Under the pieces are notes generated by a model. That model was not told the DNA's origin. It was given only the letters and a program-made list of their open reading frames with translations, and ran no database searches. The position numbers and the translations under genes were made by a program. Shown in pieces: positions 43,246-57,666 of a DNA stretch of 64,000 nucleotides. The DNA is taken from assembly GCF_009914755.1 (NCBI RefSeq), contig NC_060933.1; one strand, 5' to 3'. Numbering within the stretch: the stretch's first letter is position 1; each line of letters begins with the position of its first letter. Origin of the DNA: the human T2T-CHM13v2.0 reference genome, Homo sapiens.

Positions 43246-44048
43246 GTGTGGGTGTGTCCACAACATTTACCCTAAGGGGGTTTTAAAGTGAGAGTGATCA
43301 TTTTTGTCTCTAACAAAAGACTGAAGGTAAACTGCTTTTCATTGTTGACAAAGGCTAGATTCATAAAATTTAAAGATTAAATGAGCAAATATTATAGCTG
43401 ACAACTTTCTGACAGTTACAGAAACTGAGCAGAAATTTTTGTCCTTTTTCCCCATGAGTTGAAGAAATATGCCCAGTGAAGACCTGAGGTTTCCTTGAAA
43501 TTAAAATGGTAGTTCATTCAACACGTGAGAGAATTCATAAGAACTCCCCAAAGTTGTTTCCTGGAATCATGATTAATATAATTTTTATCAAAAAGTGCTT
43601 AAATCTTCTTTGATTAAATATTCATCATAGTTACGGGGTAAGAGTCCCAGCAATTTTTACATGAAGTTTCTGGATTGGACCATAAAAAGTATGCTGAGTG
43701 AAGATCTTTTACAAGCTTAATATTTAATAGAATTAGACAAATAGAATGAGTTCCATAAAGTACAATTAAATTAAAGGGAATTTAGAGGAAAAGCTTCTAG
43801 GTCCGTGTACAATTCACAAAAAGTATATTTGAAGTGGTCTCTAAGGAATGGGTAAATTTATCAGCAGATAAAGACAGGATAGTTTTATATGACAGAAAAG
43901 GAAATAGTGTGAGTTCAGGAAAGTCTAGGGTAAAGTAAAATTAAGCCATGTGCTTAAGGAGGTACATTTGAGCCACACATGGAAAGCTTTGATTTCAAGG
44001 CTGAGGAGTTTATAGTATTGAGGTCAATTAGTAAATACATCAATTTTA

Positions 44049-44273
<225 letters not shown>

Positions 44274-44299
44274 TTATTTTCTTTTGTTTTCATTATAAA

Positions 44300-44625
44300 G
44301 ATATAGATATATATATATATATGCCATTTTAATCACTTTAAGTGCACAATATCATGCCATTAATTAATACATATTTTGTATAACCATCATCACTTTTTCC
44401 AAAATTTTTTATTACCTCAAACAGAAACTGCATATGCATTAAGCAATAACTCCCCCTTTTCCTTTCCTAGCCTCTGGTAACATTTAATCTACTGTATCTC
44501 TCTATGAATTTTCCTATTTTACATATTTACATATTTTCCTATTTACATATTTCATATAAATAAAATTATACAATATCACAGCCTATATCAGAATTTCATT
44601 CCCTTTTAATGATAATAATATTCTG
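44300..44625 (-). mobile_element. L1MB-type 3' end
   Basis: aaacagaaactgcatatgcattaagcaataactcccc...tctctatgaattt pattern. Confidence 0.65.
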
Positions 44626-44689
44626 TGTATATGTATGTGTGTGTGTGCATATATATACACATATATATACATATATATTCACATTTAAG

Positions 44690-46380
44690 GTAATCTCCAT
44701 TAGAGTAAATGACGATTTCTTTGCAGAAAACTTACAGGCCAAGAGAGAATGCTATGATATATTTATATTTATATATTAAATATTTAATATTAAAAATATT
44801 TAAATATTTAAAATGCTGGGGGGAAAACTGCCAGCCAAGGATTATACAAAGAAAAGTTATTCTTCATAAACGAAGGAGAAATAAAATTTTTCCCAGACAA
44901 GCAAAAGCTAGGGGAATTCGTTACCACTAAACTAACTCTACAAGAAATGCCTAAGGGAGTTCTACAAGTGGAAGCAAAAGGATGATATCTACTGTCATGA
45001 AAACAAATAAAAGTACACAGTCACTGGTAGAGTAAACATGCAAATGAAGAAAAGAAAAAACTTCAATATTACCACTACAGAAAGGTATCAAACTGCAATA
45101 ATAATAATCAGAGAGAAAGACAGGAACAAAGAACATAAAAAACTATAATCAATTAATAAATTACAGGAATAAGCCTTCACATATTAATAATAAATTACAT
45201 GTAAATGGATTAAACTTTCCACTTAAAATATCTATAGTGACTAAATAAATTTTTTAAATTGCCCAACTATATGCTGCCTACAAAAAAAATCTCACTTGGA
45301 AAGAAACACAGACTGAACATAAAGGTATGAAAAAAATACTTCATACAAGCTGAAAAAAAAGTAAGCAGGGGTAGTTATATCAGACAAACTGACGTTAAGT
45401 CAACAACAGTTAAAAGTCAAAGAAGATCATTATATTATATTAATAAGGGGATCAATTTAGCAAGAGGATATAACAATTCTAAATATACATGCACCCAATA
45501 CCAGAGCACCCAGATATATAAAGCAAATATTATCAGATGTAAAAGAATAGATATTTGGAAGGCTGAGGCAGGAGGATCACCTGAGCCCAGGAGTTCGAGA
45601 CCAGCATCAGCAACATAGTGAGACCACAGTTCTAAAAAAAATTTAATTTAATTTAATTTTAAAAAAGAGATAGAATTCAATCCAATAATAGTTGGGAACT
45701 TCAACACCCCAGTCTCAGCATTAGACAGATCATATAGACAGAAAATTAGCAATGAATCATTATATTTAAACTGCACCTTACACTAAGTGGACCTAACAGA
45801 CATTTATGAACATTTCATCCAGTAGCTACAGATTATACATTCTACTCATCAGAACATGGATACTCAAGGATAAACTATATGTTAGGACAAAAAACAAGTC
45901 TCAACATATTTGTAAAAATTGATGTCATATCAAATATCTTCTCAAACCACAATGGAATAAAACTAGAAATAAAAAACAAGTGGAACTTTGGAAACAGTAG
46001 CAATACATGGAAATTTAAAAATATGCTCCTGAATGACCATTGGGCTAAGAAAGAAAGAAAGAAGAAAACTTTCAAAAAATCTTGAAACAAATGAAAATAG
46101 AAATACAACATACTCAAACCTCTGGGATACAACAAAAGCAGTGCTAAGCAGAAAGTTTATAGCAATAAATGCCTAATCAAAAAAGGAGGTGGTTTTCAAA
46201 TAAACAAACTAATGATGAATCTTAAAGAAAAAAAAAAACCAAGAACAATGCAAACCCCAAAACAGAAGAAAAAATAATAACGTTCAGAGCAGCACTAAAT
46301 AAAATGGAGACTAAAAAATCAAAAAGATAAACAATGTGACAAGTTGTTTTTTTAATAAGAAACAAAATTGATAAACCACC
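44690..46380 (+). mobile_element. Old L1 (L1M/L1PB-like) ORF1 end, inter-ORF and ORF2 endonuclease region; contains a FLAM/AluJ monomer at about 45555-45660
   Basis: Remnants such as MLGQKTSLN...IISNIFSNHNGIKLEI-like ORF2 sequence and the ORF1 ENCQPRI motif; many stops and frameshifts. Confidence 0.85.
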
Positions 46381-46645
46381 ACTTCTTACACTGTCTTCCT
46401 GTTTTCCTTTAGGTTCCTTTAACTGTTGAGCATATTTAAGCCAATTGATTTAAAGTCTTTGTGTATTAAATCCAGTGTCTGGGTCTCCTCAGGAATAGTC
46501 TTAATTTCCTTTTTTTCGAAGGAATCATATGCCACTGTTTGTGTACATGATTTGAATTATTTTTGAAAAGAGATGTTTGAAAAATATCATGTAGGAACTC
46601 TGGAAATCAGATTCTCCCTTTCCTTAACATTTCCTGTGCTTGAAC

Positions 46646-46680
<35 letters not shown>

Positions 46681-47765
46681 CAAACTGTTTTTATAAAGAC
46701 TGCATTTCTTATTATTTGTGGTTATTGAAGTCCCTTTTCATTTAGCTCATGATAACCAATGATTTGACAGAGATTTCCATGAATTCCAAGCATTTCAGCC
46801 AACAGTGAAGCCGAGTATCTCCTCAGACCTTTTCTGAACATGAGTCCTGTCCAGAGCATGTATGTGGCTTTCTAAATTTCCTAGTATTTACAGGCACTTT
46901 TAAATGTCTTAACTTCCCAAAGGAATTCTCTCCCCTGCTTTTTCTCCCAGTTTTTAGGTCGTCTATTTTGTTTCAACTGTAATTTTTTACCCCAAGTGGC
47001 TGAGAGATTTTTATTCACCATAAAATGTTTCAAAACATTGCCCACCAGTTTTCCAACCTGATTGATTGGGTTCTGAGTTACACAAAACAGATGAGCACAT
47101 TTTGTCAGTCGTTCAGGCAGCATCAAGACAGGTTCGAATAAGCACACACAATAATTTGTAAATAAGATCTGCTACATTTCCTCTGGATCAGACATCCACA
47201 CTGATAACATGGGCTATTGTTCTCAAGACTATCACCAAGTCAGAGAGGAATTGGGAGAATATCAAGTAAAAATGTCACAGAACTTTATTTTCATTTTTAT
47301 GTTGTCCTTTTTCAATTCAGTGTTTGCTTGGTTGCTGCAAAGCTTTGAATGTGTTCCAGAGTTCTAATAAAGTTCCTTCTCATACTTTCTGTTTGGTTTT
47401 CAATGCTTCTGTGGTAGAGATATTTTCTGAAGTTGGCTACTCTGCCCTTGTGCTGATGTCACTCTCTTAAGTCTATTTTGTAATCATAATAAGAGCAAAA
47501 ATTGCTGAAAAAGATAAATGAGAAAATTTCCTAATGAAGCCATGTTGCCTATGTATTAAGCAATGTTCAATAATAGAGCCCCTATTTTGTTTTTATTTTG
47601 GTTTTTTTGGTACCAAAAAAAGATAACTAAGAACAAAAAAGATGAGAAACACAGAGACAAGATACTAATCACAAGTTGCTGGTCAACTTGATGTTAATTA
47701 TTTCCCTATTATTAATAGGAAAACATTGCCCACCAATTTTCCAACTTAATTGATTGGGTTCTCTG

Positions 47766-47774
47766 TTATTATTA

Positions 47775-47816
<42 letters not shown>
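47766..47816. repeat. (TTA)n microsatellite, about 17 units
   Basis: Read directly. Confidence 0.95.
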
Positions 47817-49284
47817 GGGAAATGATTTAAAGGCAAACACAACTCCAAAGACTCAGAATTTTAAAACATTAATATGATTCAGAGACTTTGCAGAATTGAA
47901 ATATTTAAATAATTTAGAATAATCACTACTTAGCTAAGAGACTAACTTAAGCTAAGAGACCTAACTAACAAATACACTGGCTATTACATTCCCACCTACA
48001 AAAGATCCTTCTGGTGTAATTTTAAATGTTTGATTGTGAATATCAAGTGTTGTGTCACTCACTTTTCAAAAAGGTCATTGTGAGGATTCGGTGGATCTCT
48101 TGTGGAGTAGAGTAACCACAGACTTTGATATGCATGGAATATCTAGATCACTGATCACCACTCAACTTTAAATTATGACGATCCGTTACCCTGAAATTTC
48201 TTTCTTTCTCTTCATGCAGTCACATTTGAGATGCAATAGTTTCGGTACCCTGGCTTATACAATTGTTAAATAATCCTATTTTTCTCAGTGACATAGCATA
48301 AAAGTGGATGTGAATTGGTTTAAGAAATCTTATTTTTCAAGACAAGGTCAGCGCATGTAAAGAGTGATCATATTAATTTCAAATTGTTCTTAAAGCAAAG
48401 ATGAGGATGTAATATTCCATGGGGGCCTTCTTCATATGAAAACTTTTTTATTAAGCCACTTATTAAGAGATCTAAAAGAAGGTTCATATGTGATTCTTTG
48501 AATTCTATGTGTCATATGAATAGCCAAAAGTCTAATTAAAGCCATTCAAAAATAAATGTAATATATTTATGTACACATATCTTTTCTTTTAGCCAATTTC
48601 TGCTCAGGATTTTTCAATATAAGTATTATGGGGATTATAGGTGACCCAATTTTTATTGTATAGAATTATTCTAGGCATTACAAGAAGTTTGGTATCTCTG
48701 GCCCCTGCCTATATAAAATGACAGTAGTAAACACCTGCCTCATAACAGTTTGCTTCACCCTGGCTCTGGCACTGGGACAACCCGAACAATTCTAGTACAT
48801 TTCCAGTCTTCCCCCTCGTGAAAAGTACTAATGGCTTGACTTTAAATGTGCAATAATTGCTGCTCTTTTTCTCTCTTTCTGTCTCTCCACCTCCCTTCTT
48901 AAAATTTATTTATCAGCTCCACCCATATCTATCACTTAATTGAACCTTTATTATTGTTCACAAATTATGAAATCTATTTTAAAAGAAACAGATTGTGAGG
49001 ATTTACTATGTGTTAGACATTTGGACTGAAAAATGTCTGTTCTACATAGACTCTCAGATTGCTAAGAAACAAATAATTAGCATATCTTATTGCTCTATAT
49101 TGATAAGATATAAAATTATGCCTATTTAAAAAGTGGTCAAAATTATTGGTTGATATTTATTTTATTGAGTCCTGTTTAGAAATTTGCAAAAGGAAATTAA
49201 TGTCTGTGTAAATATAATTACTCCTTTTCTCTGTGTATGCTTGTGTGTGTGTACAAACAAACGTTTTAACCAGTGTTCAGATAT

Positions 49285-49778
49285 GTGTTATCACTTAGCT
49301 GTTGCTTCATAATAAATCATCTTAAAGCTTATTGGTCAGCTACATGGTTCTTCTTATTTGTATTGATTTCAACTGACCTTTCTCATAATTGTGTAATCAG
49401 CTGGCTGGTCAGTTGGTGCTGGCAAGTATAGGATGGTCTTAACACCTGTTCGGTAGTGGGCTGTGTGTTTACTATGGCAACAGCAATTACAGGGCAGCAC
49501 TTCTTTCATCATTCATCAGTATAGCATAAGCTAGTTGTAACAAGTTTCCCAAAAAGGGATGAAACAAGCAAATGTTCTTAAGGGGTAAATTCAGAATGAA
49601 AATATAATAAAGTCCTTTAAATTATATTGGCAAAAGTAAGTTACAAGGTCAGCCCAAATTCAAGAATTGGAAAAACAGATTTTGTCTCTTAATGAGAGGA
49701 AATGCAAAATTGCATTAGAAGGTTGGTGGACTTAGAACTAGATGAAGAATTTTATCTTTTTGCAATCCATATGCTACA
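49285..49778 (-). mobile_element. MLT1H-like LTR
   Basis: ttggcaaaagtaagttacaaggtcagcccaaattcaaga...tctcttaatgagaggaaatgcaaa...gctaca. Confidence 0.65.
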
Positions 49779-50983
49779 TTATGGTTTTTGCTTATTTTGG
49801 TCCAGAAAGCCTTATGGGTAGAAAAATAAATGTACCTTGGATGATACTGATTAGGTTCCAACATCTAGTGTCCTTCTAAACTGAGGGTCTTGCTGTTTGT
49901 TATAAGGATGATGAAATTAAAGTTCCTTAACTTCACTGTACATTCTAATATTTTTCTATACAGAAAAAGTAAATTGCATTACAGTAGACAACTTGAAATT
50001 TTCTGGAAGGCATATGAGTACTTTTCCAATTTCTAAATTAGTAAGGCTCAGATTAGCACATAAAACAAATTTCAGAGTAACTTTTGCACCCTAACATGCC
50101 ATTTCCAATGTACATAGCTCATAAGAAAAAATAATTTTCATTATTTCACATGTAAATTTATCAAAAATGTACATGTATCACTAGGATAAAATGCGTCATA
50201 AGGGCCAACAAAAATATATTGGGGTCAGATACCATTACATCTTTAAGTAAGTTCCAAGGCTAAATGAGATATTCTGAAATATTAAGATTTCTTCCAACAT
50301 TAATGATCATCACCTTTAAGCCATGTCAGCAGTTGGAGTAGTCAATAAGAAGGAAACTAAAAAGAATATATTATTAAAATTAATGATTGTCAAAGGGGGT
50401 AGGTTCTAAGATGATGGATAGGGGACATTGGAATTTGGAGGAGGACTTCTTGTTCACCTTAAACCAATTGAGATGAGTTTTAGAAATCTTATTGGAAATA
50501 TGTATTTCTTAGACTTTTATGAAAGAAAATAGACTAGATAGAGAAAAAGAGAATCCCAACACCCAAGTGCAGATTTTTAAACCTGAAATAATGGTGAACT
50601 ATAACAGGGGCAAAGCTTTAGCCTTAAAAAAATTCAGAAACGTGATTATTTTTATTGTTTAAGCTAGATACCTTACTTTCTTAAATGAGACTGTTCTTTT
50701 GACTAAAGTAATGTATTATTGAGAAAGCTTTGTAATGTGCCTGTGTTTTATACAGCGGGGAACAAATAACATTGAAAGAGGATTTGAAGAAACTATGGGA
50801 GATTAGGAAAACAAAATTGCTTTATGTTTTTATTATAACAATTATAGTTCATTTAATAAAAATGGTCAATTTTTCACAATGACACATGACTTTTTTTTTG
50901 TTTTTTTTATTTTTCTGTGACTTTTTTTTGTTTTTTTATTTTTCTGTGACTTTTTTTTTTAATCACAGCTGAATGTTGGGTTC

Positions 50984-51378
50984 TGTTATGGACATAATTT
51001 TGTCTTCCTTAAATTCATTGGTTAAAGCCCAAACCCTTAATGTGACTGTATTTGGAGAAAGGGGCTTTTAAGGAGGACATTAAGGTTAACTGAGATCATA
51101 AGGAGAGGGCACTAATTCAATAAGGACAGTGTCCTTATAAAAAGAGGAAGACCCCAGAGATTTCTCTCTTTCCACACACCCACAGAGTAGAGGCTGTGTA
51201 TAAACATAGGGAGAAGTTGCCATCTACTAGCTGAAGAGAGAAGACTCACCAGAGACCAACCCTAATGTCACCATGATCTTTGACTTCTAATCTTCACATC
51301 TGTGAGAAGATACGTGTTTGCTATTTAAGACACTCTGTCTATGGTATTTTGTTATGGCAACCCAAGAAAACTAATACA
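50984..51378 (+). mobile_element. MLT1B solo LTR
   Basis: tgttatggac ... aatgtgactgtatttggaga ... aaactaataca; TSD ggttc/gattc. Confidence 0.85.
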
Positions 51379-51540
51379 GATTCCTTTTTGGGTCTATATT
51401 TTATGGATAAAGTTATTTTCTTTTATATCATATCATAGAAAGGATTTTAAGGGCACGGTTGATTTGATTAGTTGGATATTATGTGTTAACTAAGTCGTCA
51501 TAATAAGTAAATTACTTCTACACAAAATTCTAGTCACTCT

Positions 51541-51705
51541 GGGCAGGCAGGGTGGTTCATGGTTGTAATCTCAGCACTTTGGAAGCCCAAAGCAGAATGA
51601 CACTTAAGCACAGGAGTTCAACGTTAAAGTGACTTATGATCACACGACTACACTCCAGCTAGGGTGACAGAGAAAGACCTAATTTCTATAAAAAAATAAA
51701 ATAAC
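51541..51705 (+). mobile_element. FRAM-like Alu monomer
   Basis: Single diverged monomer with right-arm 3' end; TSD aaaa(t/c)tctagt. Confidence 0.75.
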
Positions 51706-53510
51706 TAAAACTCTAGTTATGCAGATGATTTAATATTTAGGTGAAAATGAGAGACAGAGGGAGAAAGATAGAGACAGCACTATGTATCAAGCTGTCACAT
51801 AGCTTTATAGATATTTGCAAACATTACGTGAATGTTAAATATCAAAGTATTAATGATCCACTGTATCTGACATACTGATGTATATTTAGCAATTAAGTTA
51901 ATTTCTGTTTCTTTGTTTTTACATAATTACAAATGATTTAATGTCAGAATTTCCTGAGGATTTTTCCTAATCAACATGGTTTAAATTTATCTCAGTATCT
52001 CAATATTTACTTGAGAAGATGTTCATTGAGACACCAATTAAAATTGATGCTCTATCTGCCTGTATATTCTAACTGCCAGATGTTTACATTGCTGAAATTT
52101 CCCAGTAGTACAATATAGTCTAAAACGCCTGGAGAATTTTTTAAAGAGGTTTAAATTCCATTGTAAAGCTATTATGAATAAAATTGAAAAGTAACCAATA
52201 CTCAATCTTATCGTTTCTTTCCTTCATTATGTATGAAATAAATATTTACTAGTTAGATAAATCATCTGGTAAAACTATACTCATATTTATTACATTTTGC
52301 TATTATTTCCCCAATAACTATGGAAAATCATTTTGACATCTGTTGGATGTTTAGGAATTTGTGTGTGAAAGGCCATGTAGAATATCTCAAATAATGCACA
52401 ATTCTTTTGTATCACATATAATGTCTATATAGTTTCTCTTTGCATATTGGCAATTCAAAATTTTTTACGTCAGACAACAACAGAAGTTTCTGAAAAATTG
52501 CAGAAAATTACCTCTTATGTTAACTATATGATAAAGTCTGTAATAATATTTGATTCTTATACTATTCTTCTGGATCAGTGAGGCTGACTACATAATTTGT
52601 CACCTTCGTCTAACAATGACTATTAATTTTCACTAGTCTAGAGTGCTATGATGTTATACGCCACTGCCAATACTATAAAATATCCCACACTGGTGATTTA
52701 TACAAAATACATGTGGATTTATTCCTTATTTAATTTAGTACGGTGTTTAGTCCCACGTCTAAATATATTCCTAAATCACCATTACCCCATTACCTCAACT
52801 GCTCCTGTCTCTTAAATCAACCTCCCCCACCAAATCTACCATTATACATTATAATAAAACTAAGACAAATATTCCACTTTGCTTCATTGACAAAATTGGT
52901 TTGACTTTATTGTGAATTGAAGGAATTGAGCCAATTACAAAATTATTTTTATTTGTATATATGAAGATTCATGATTATTTATTCATAACCTCTAGAACAT
53001 TAAGAAGTGAATGAAATATGAGTTATCATGAATTCTCAGAACACTCGTTTTCTAACTTTCCCAAATAATAAAATTAAAGCTATTATATATTCTGCAAGAG
53101 GTAATTTAGAATGTTATAAAATATTAATTTCCTCACTGATTTGAACATTTTAAATATCAGAATTACTAATTTAATATTTATGAAAACATTTTAAATTCTG
53201 AGATAAGAATATACATATATAAAGAAATATGACTTTGAACATAGTTAATCTAATATTAGTTTCCTTTTTTATAGATGACAAAACTGAACCTTAGAGAATT
53301 TATCAGTTTCTTATTTTAGTACAACAGCAAGTTAAAATTTGAAATAGTGATGTTGAGTATAAAATTACCTCAATCTCTAGTTATGTGCATATAAATATAT
53401 ATATATATAATATTTTTCTCAATGAAGTATATTTTCAATAAAGAACAATATATTTATCCCTTTAAAGCATAAATTTAATCATGGAACTCTATGCTCAAAA
53501 GTTTCCAATG

Positions 53511-53857
<347 letters not shown>

Positions 53858-54777
53858 TCAGTCATTTTTACCCATTCTCATGCTGAGATTTGAGAATAAA
53901 ACCATACAAGATATTTTTAATCAAAATAAATATTGAATGAGTCATAGAATATCAAGGGAATTTAGAGTTCTAGGGAAATGATGTGAAAGGACAACTCAAA
54001 AGGATGATTCTAACATTTGGAGTCACTCTATGAAGCCACATATAGATTCCAGAAGAGACTGATAAGACATTAAAAAACCTAAGTGAAACTTTTGATTTAT
54101 AAACTCATATGGATAAAATTAAATTTCAAGTCCCACTAAGAAGTGGTATTTCAGGTAAAACTTCCAGGTTTTGCATTGTTTCCCTGAGGAAAGAAACTCT
54201 AGGAACAAGAGTCAACTGAAAAATTCTAAGCCCTCAGGTGACCTGAAGAAAACTTCTAATAAAATAAAAATGACATGAAAATATTTTCTCTGGCCTAGTT
54301 TCTCGCAAATTGTAAACAAAACAATTACTCATCTGAAGATGGAAAAATTATCCAGATCTTTTAAGTTATTCTATAATTTTTAATATACAATGTCTGCCAT
54401 ATATATCAAAAACAACCAGTCAAAAACAGGTACAAAAGGCAACAATATGAACAAAATCCAACAAAAACCGAAGACATTAGAAATGGAGCTAGAGAAGATC
54501 CAGATAATGATGTTATCAGACATAAGCAAAAACAAAACAAAAACCTCCCATATTTAATATTTTCAAATAAGATAGAAGATAAAGAATTTCAATAAACAAT
54601 GGGAACTATTAACTAGCAATATGTAAATTAGAGAAACAAAACATGTAATAACTGAATTTAGGAATTTTATTGATGGTTTTAACAGCAGATTATACAAAGC
54701 TGAGGTAATAATTAGTGAATTGGAGTATAAAATATAAAAAATAGACATAAACCTACAAAATAAAAAGTGAAATACAT

Positions 54778-55253
54778 GTGTATGTGTCTTCATAGTAGAA
54801 TGTTTATTGCAGCACTATTCACAATAGCAAAGACTTGGAACCAACCCAAATGACCATCAATGATAGGCTGGATAAAGAAAATGTGGCACATATATACCAG
54901 GGAATACTATGCAACCATAAAAAAGGATGAGTTCATGTGCTTTGCAGGGATATGGACGAAGCTGGAAACCATCATTCTCAGCAAACTAGCACAGGAACAG
55001 AAAACCAAACACCACAGGTTCTCCCTCATAAGTGAGAGTTGAACGATAAGAACACATGGACGCAGGGAGGGGAACATCACACACTGGGGCCTGTCAGGAG
55101 GTGGGGATCTAGGGGAGGGATAGCATTAGGAGAAATACCTAATATAGATGATGGGTTGATGGGTGCAGCAAACTACCATGGCACATGTATATCTATGAAA
55201 CTAACCTGCACATTCTGCACATTTATCCCAGAAGTTAAAGTACACATACTTAA
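54778..55253 (+). mobile_element. L1PA7/8-like 3' end with short 5' inversion
   Basis: ORF2 tail WIKKMWHIYT...EQKTKHH; 3'UTR G-tract; 16-bp TSD aaaaagtgaaatacat at 54762-54777 and 55254-55269. Confidence 0.9.
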
Positions 55254-57666
55254 AAAAAGTGAAATACATACATTATCAGAGGAAACAAAAGAAAATCTGT
55301 GCAATTGTCAAAAGCAGACAGAACATTAAAAACATATTCAAATATATTCTTCAGGATAAAGAAAATGGCATTTGGAGTTTCAGAAAATAAGCAAATAAAG
55401 GACAAATACGTGAATAAATCTGAATGTAAACAATATAACTGTAAAACAACAATGATAATAATTTTATTATGAAAATAGACTGTATAAAACAGTGATGTTA
55501 TGAATATAGAATGTCTAAATGTTTCAACTGTTTAAAAAACCATATGGTGTATGTAATGAATCTATAAATAGCAATACTTATATTGATAAGACAACACTAT
55601 AAAAGTCACAAAAAGGGAAAGTGGATTTAATTGTCCTAAGGATTATGAATTGTGTGGGAAATGATTAAAGTTCTAATTAATATTAGACATCAAGATGTAA
55701 GGGATCTATGACAAAATTTATAGAAAATTTACTAAAATAAAAGTTGATAATGTATAACTATTAAGCTAATAGATGGTAATAAACTGAATTAAAAATAACA
55801 CCAATCAAGTCAAAAAAAAAGAAGAGAAAAAATGTAACAGAACAGGCAAGACAAACAGAAAGCAAGAAATAATATGATAGGTTAAAAAACAAACACACAA
55901 ACATATCCCAGGAGACTTTCCTCTTTTCTGTCCCCATGTACAGGAATGCAGGGTGTGCTGAAGTCCAAATCTCAACAGAAAGAGGTAGAGAAGCCATAGA
56001 AGAAATCAGGCTCCTAAACTGACCATGAAGCAGCAGTTGCCTGATAGTGGGGAACGGAAAATAATTTATATACAGTATATCCATTTGGTGCAGGTCTGTT
56101 GGTCCTTTTAGAAGGCTAACAGCAGGGCAGGAAGACCAGTACAACAGCTCCATGCTCTTAGATTCCATAAATGCTAAAAGGAGGCTTGCAATCCTGTCCT
56201 CAAATTATTCCAAGATGATACCAAATTGAATCTAAATAAAGCAATAGAAATGTCCAGATCAGTGGAAAGAAAGATGAAGCTGACTCAAATCACCTATTCC
56301 CAATACACCACGGGCCTGAAAGAAGACGTAAGTATTTTTTGTGGGGGAAAAAAAAATTATTTATTTCAGTCAATGTTTTTGTCATGCAACGTCTGCCATT
56401 CAGTCACAAAGTAAGAGACGTGAAGAAGTGAGAAACTAGAACTCACTGACAAGAGAGGTACCAGAAAACAAACAAACTCATAAATGGCTCAGATGTTTGA
56501 AGGGTCAATGAGGGAATTTAAATCTAATACATAGGTTAGATGAACTTGGGGGAAAGGCAGATAATATGGGTTAAGAGATGGAAATTTTCAGTCTAGAGAT
56601 GGAAATTTTTTAATGGAAACATGAGAAATAAAAAATGAGATAACATAAATGAAAAATTAATTATTGACTTAGCAGACTGGACTCATAACCAAAAGAAATT
56701 ATGAGTCAACAGCAATTATTCAAACTAAAACACAAATTAGAAAAAAAAAAGAAGAAAGGGAAATGGCATACAGGTTCTGTGAAATATCAAACACTTAATA
56801 ATATGTGTAATTAGAGTTCCAAAAGGAGAAGAGACAGAATAAAGCAGAAGAAATTGTTGAAGATACAATAGCCATAGATATTTCTAAAGCAAAGAAAGAC
56901 ATCAACCCACAGGTCTACAAAGCTTAGCAATAACTTTTCATGCTTATCCTATAAAACTTCATCATGAATTTTTTTACTTTTTATTATATAATATTAATTA
57001 GTACTTTCATACTTCCCATATAATTTATGAACTTACCTCACTTATATCTAGTTATTCATCCTGATGCATGTAGTATTTTTAATAACATTATTATTGTTTT
57101 ATAAAGTGAATATTCATAACATAATTGCATACAGTTATATTTTATATAGTCATATTTTATAGTCAATATTCATAAGATTATTTTATAAAATCAATAATCA
57201 TAATGTTATCTTATGGATTTAATATTAAATTTAGATCTTCCCACATATATGCCTTTTTCTTATTATTCATTTCTTCCTGAAATTCTGAATAATTAGAATA
57301 AAGTTTCTTCATTCTGGAAAGTAGCTTTTGTACTCCTTTCAGTGTTGATCTGCTTTTGATAATCTTACAGATTTTTTTGCTTGTTTTCCAATAATATTTT
57401 TATTTTTAGAGTGTGTTGCTCTCCATTATATGTTGGCATATTGAAGCTACTATTACAAGAAGTGACAATAGAATCTAGTAGTTAGTAATGTTTATTATTA
57501 TTAACAACATTCGTTGTACTTGAATTTGTTTTATCAGGAAATTTGGTGCCTTGGTTTCCCCCAAATCACTTCCTTACTGATTTATTTTGTCTTCCTTTTC
57601 AAACATGTGCTTTGTTTTTACTGTGTTCAACAACACATAGTATAAAACTTACCATCTTGATTTTTC

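Noticed and set aside
50886-50960. Short tandem duplications (also 14722-14750, 30755-30795, 47930-47965)
   Set aside because: Ordinary slippage duplications with no further structure.
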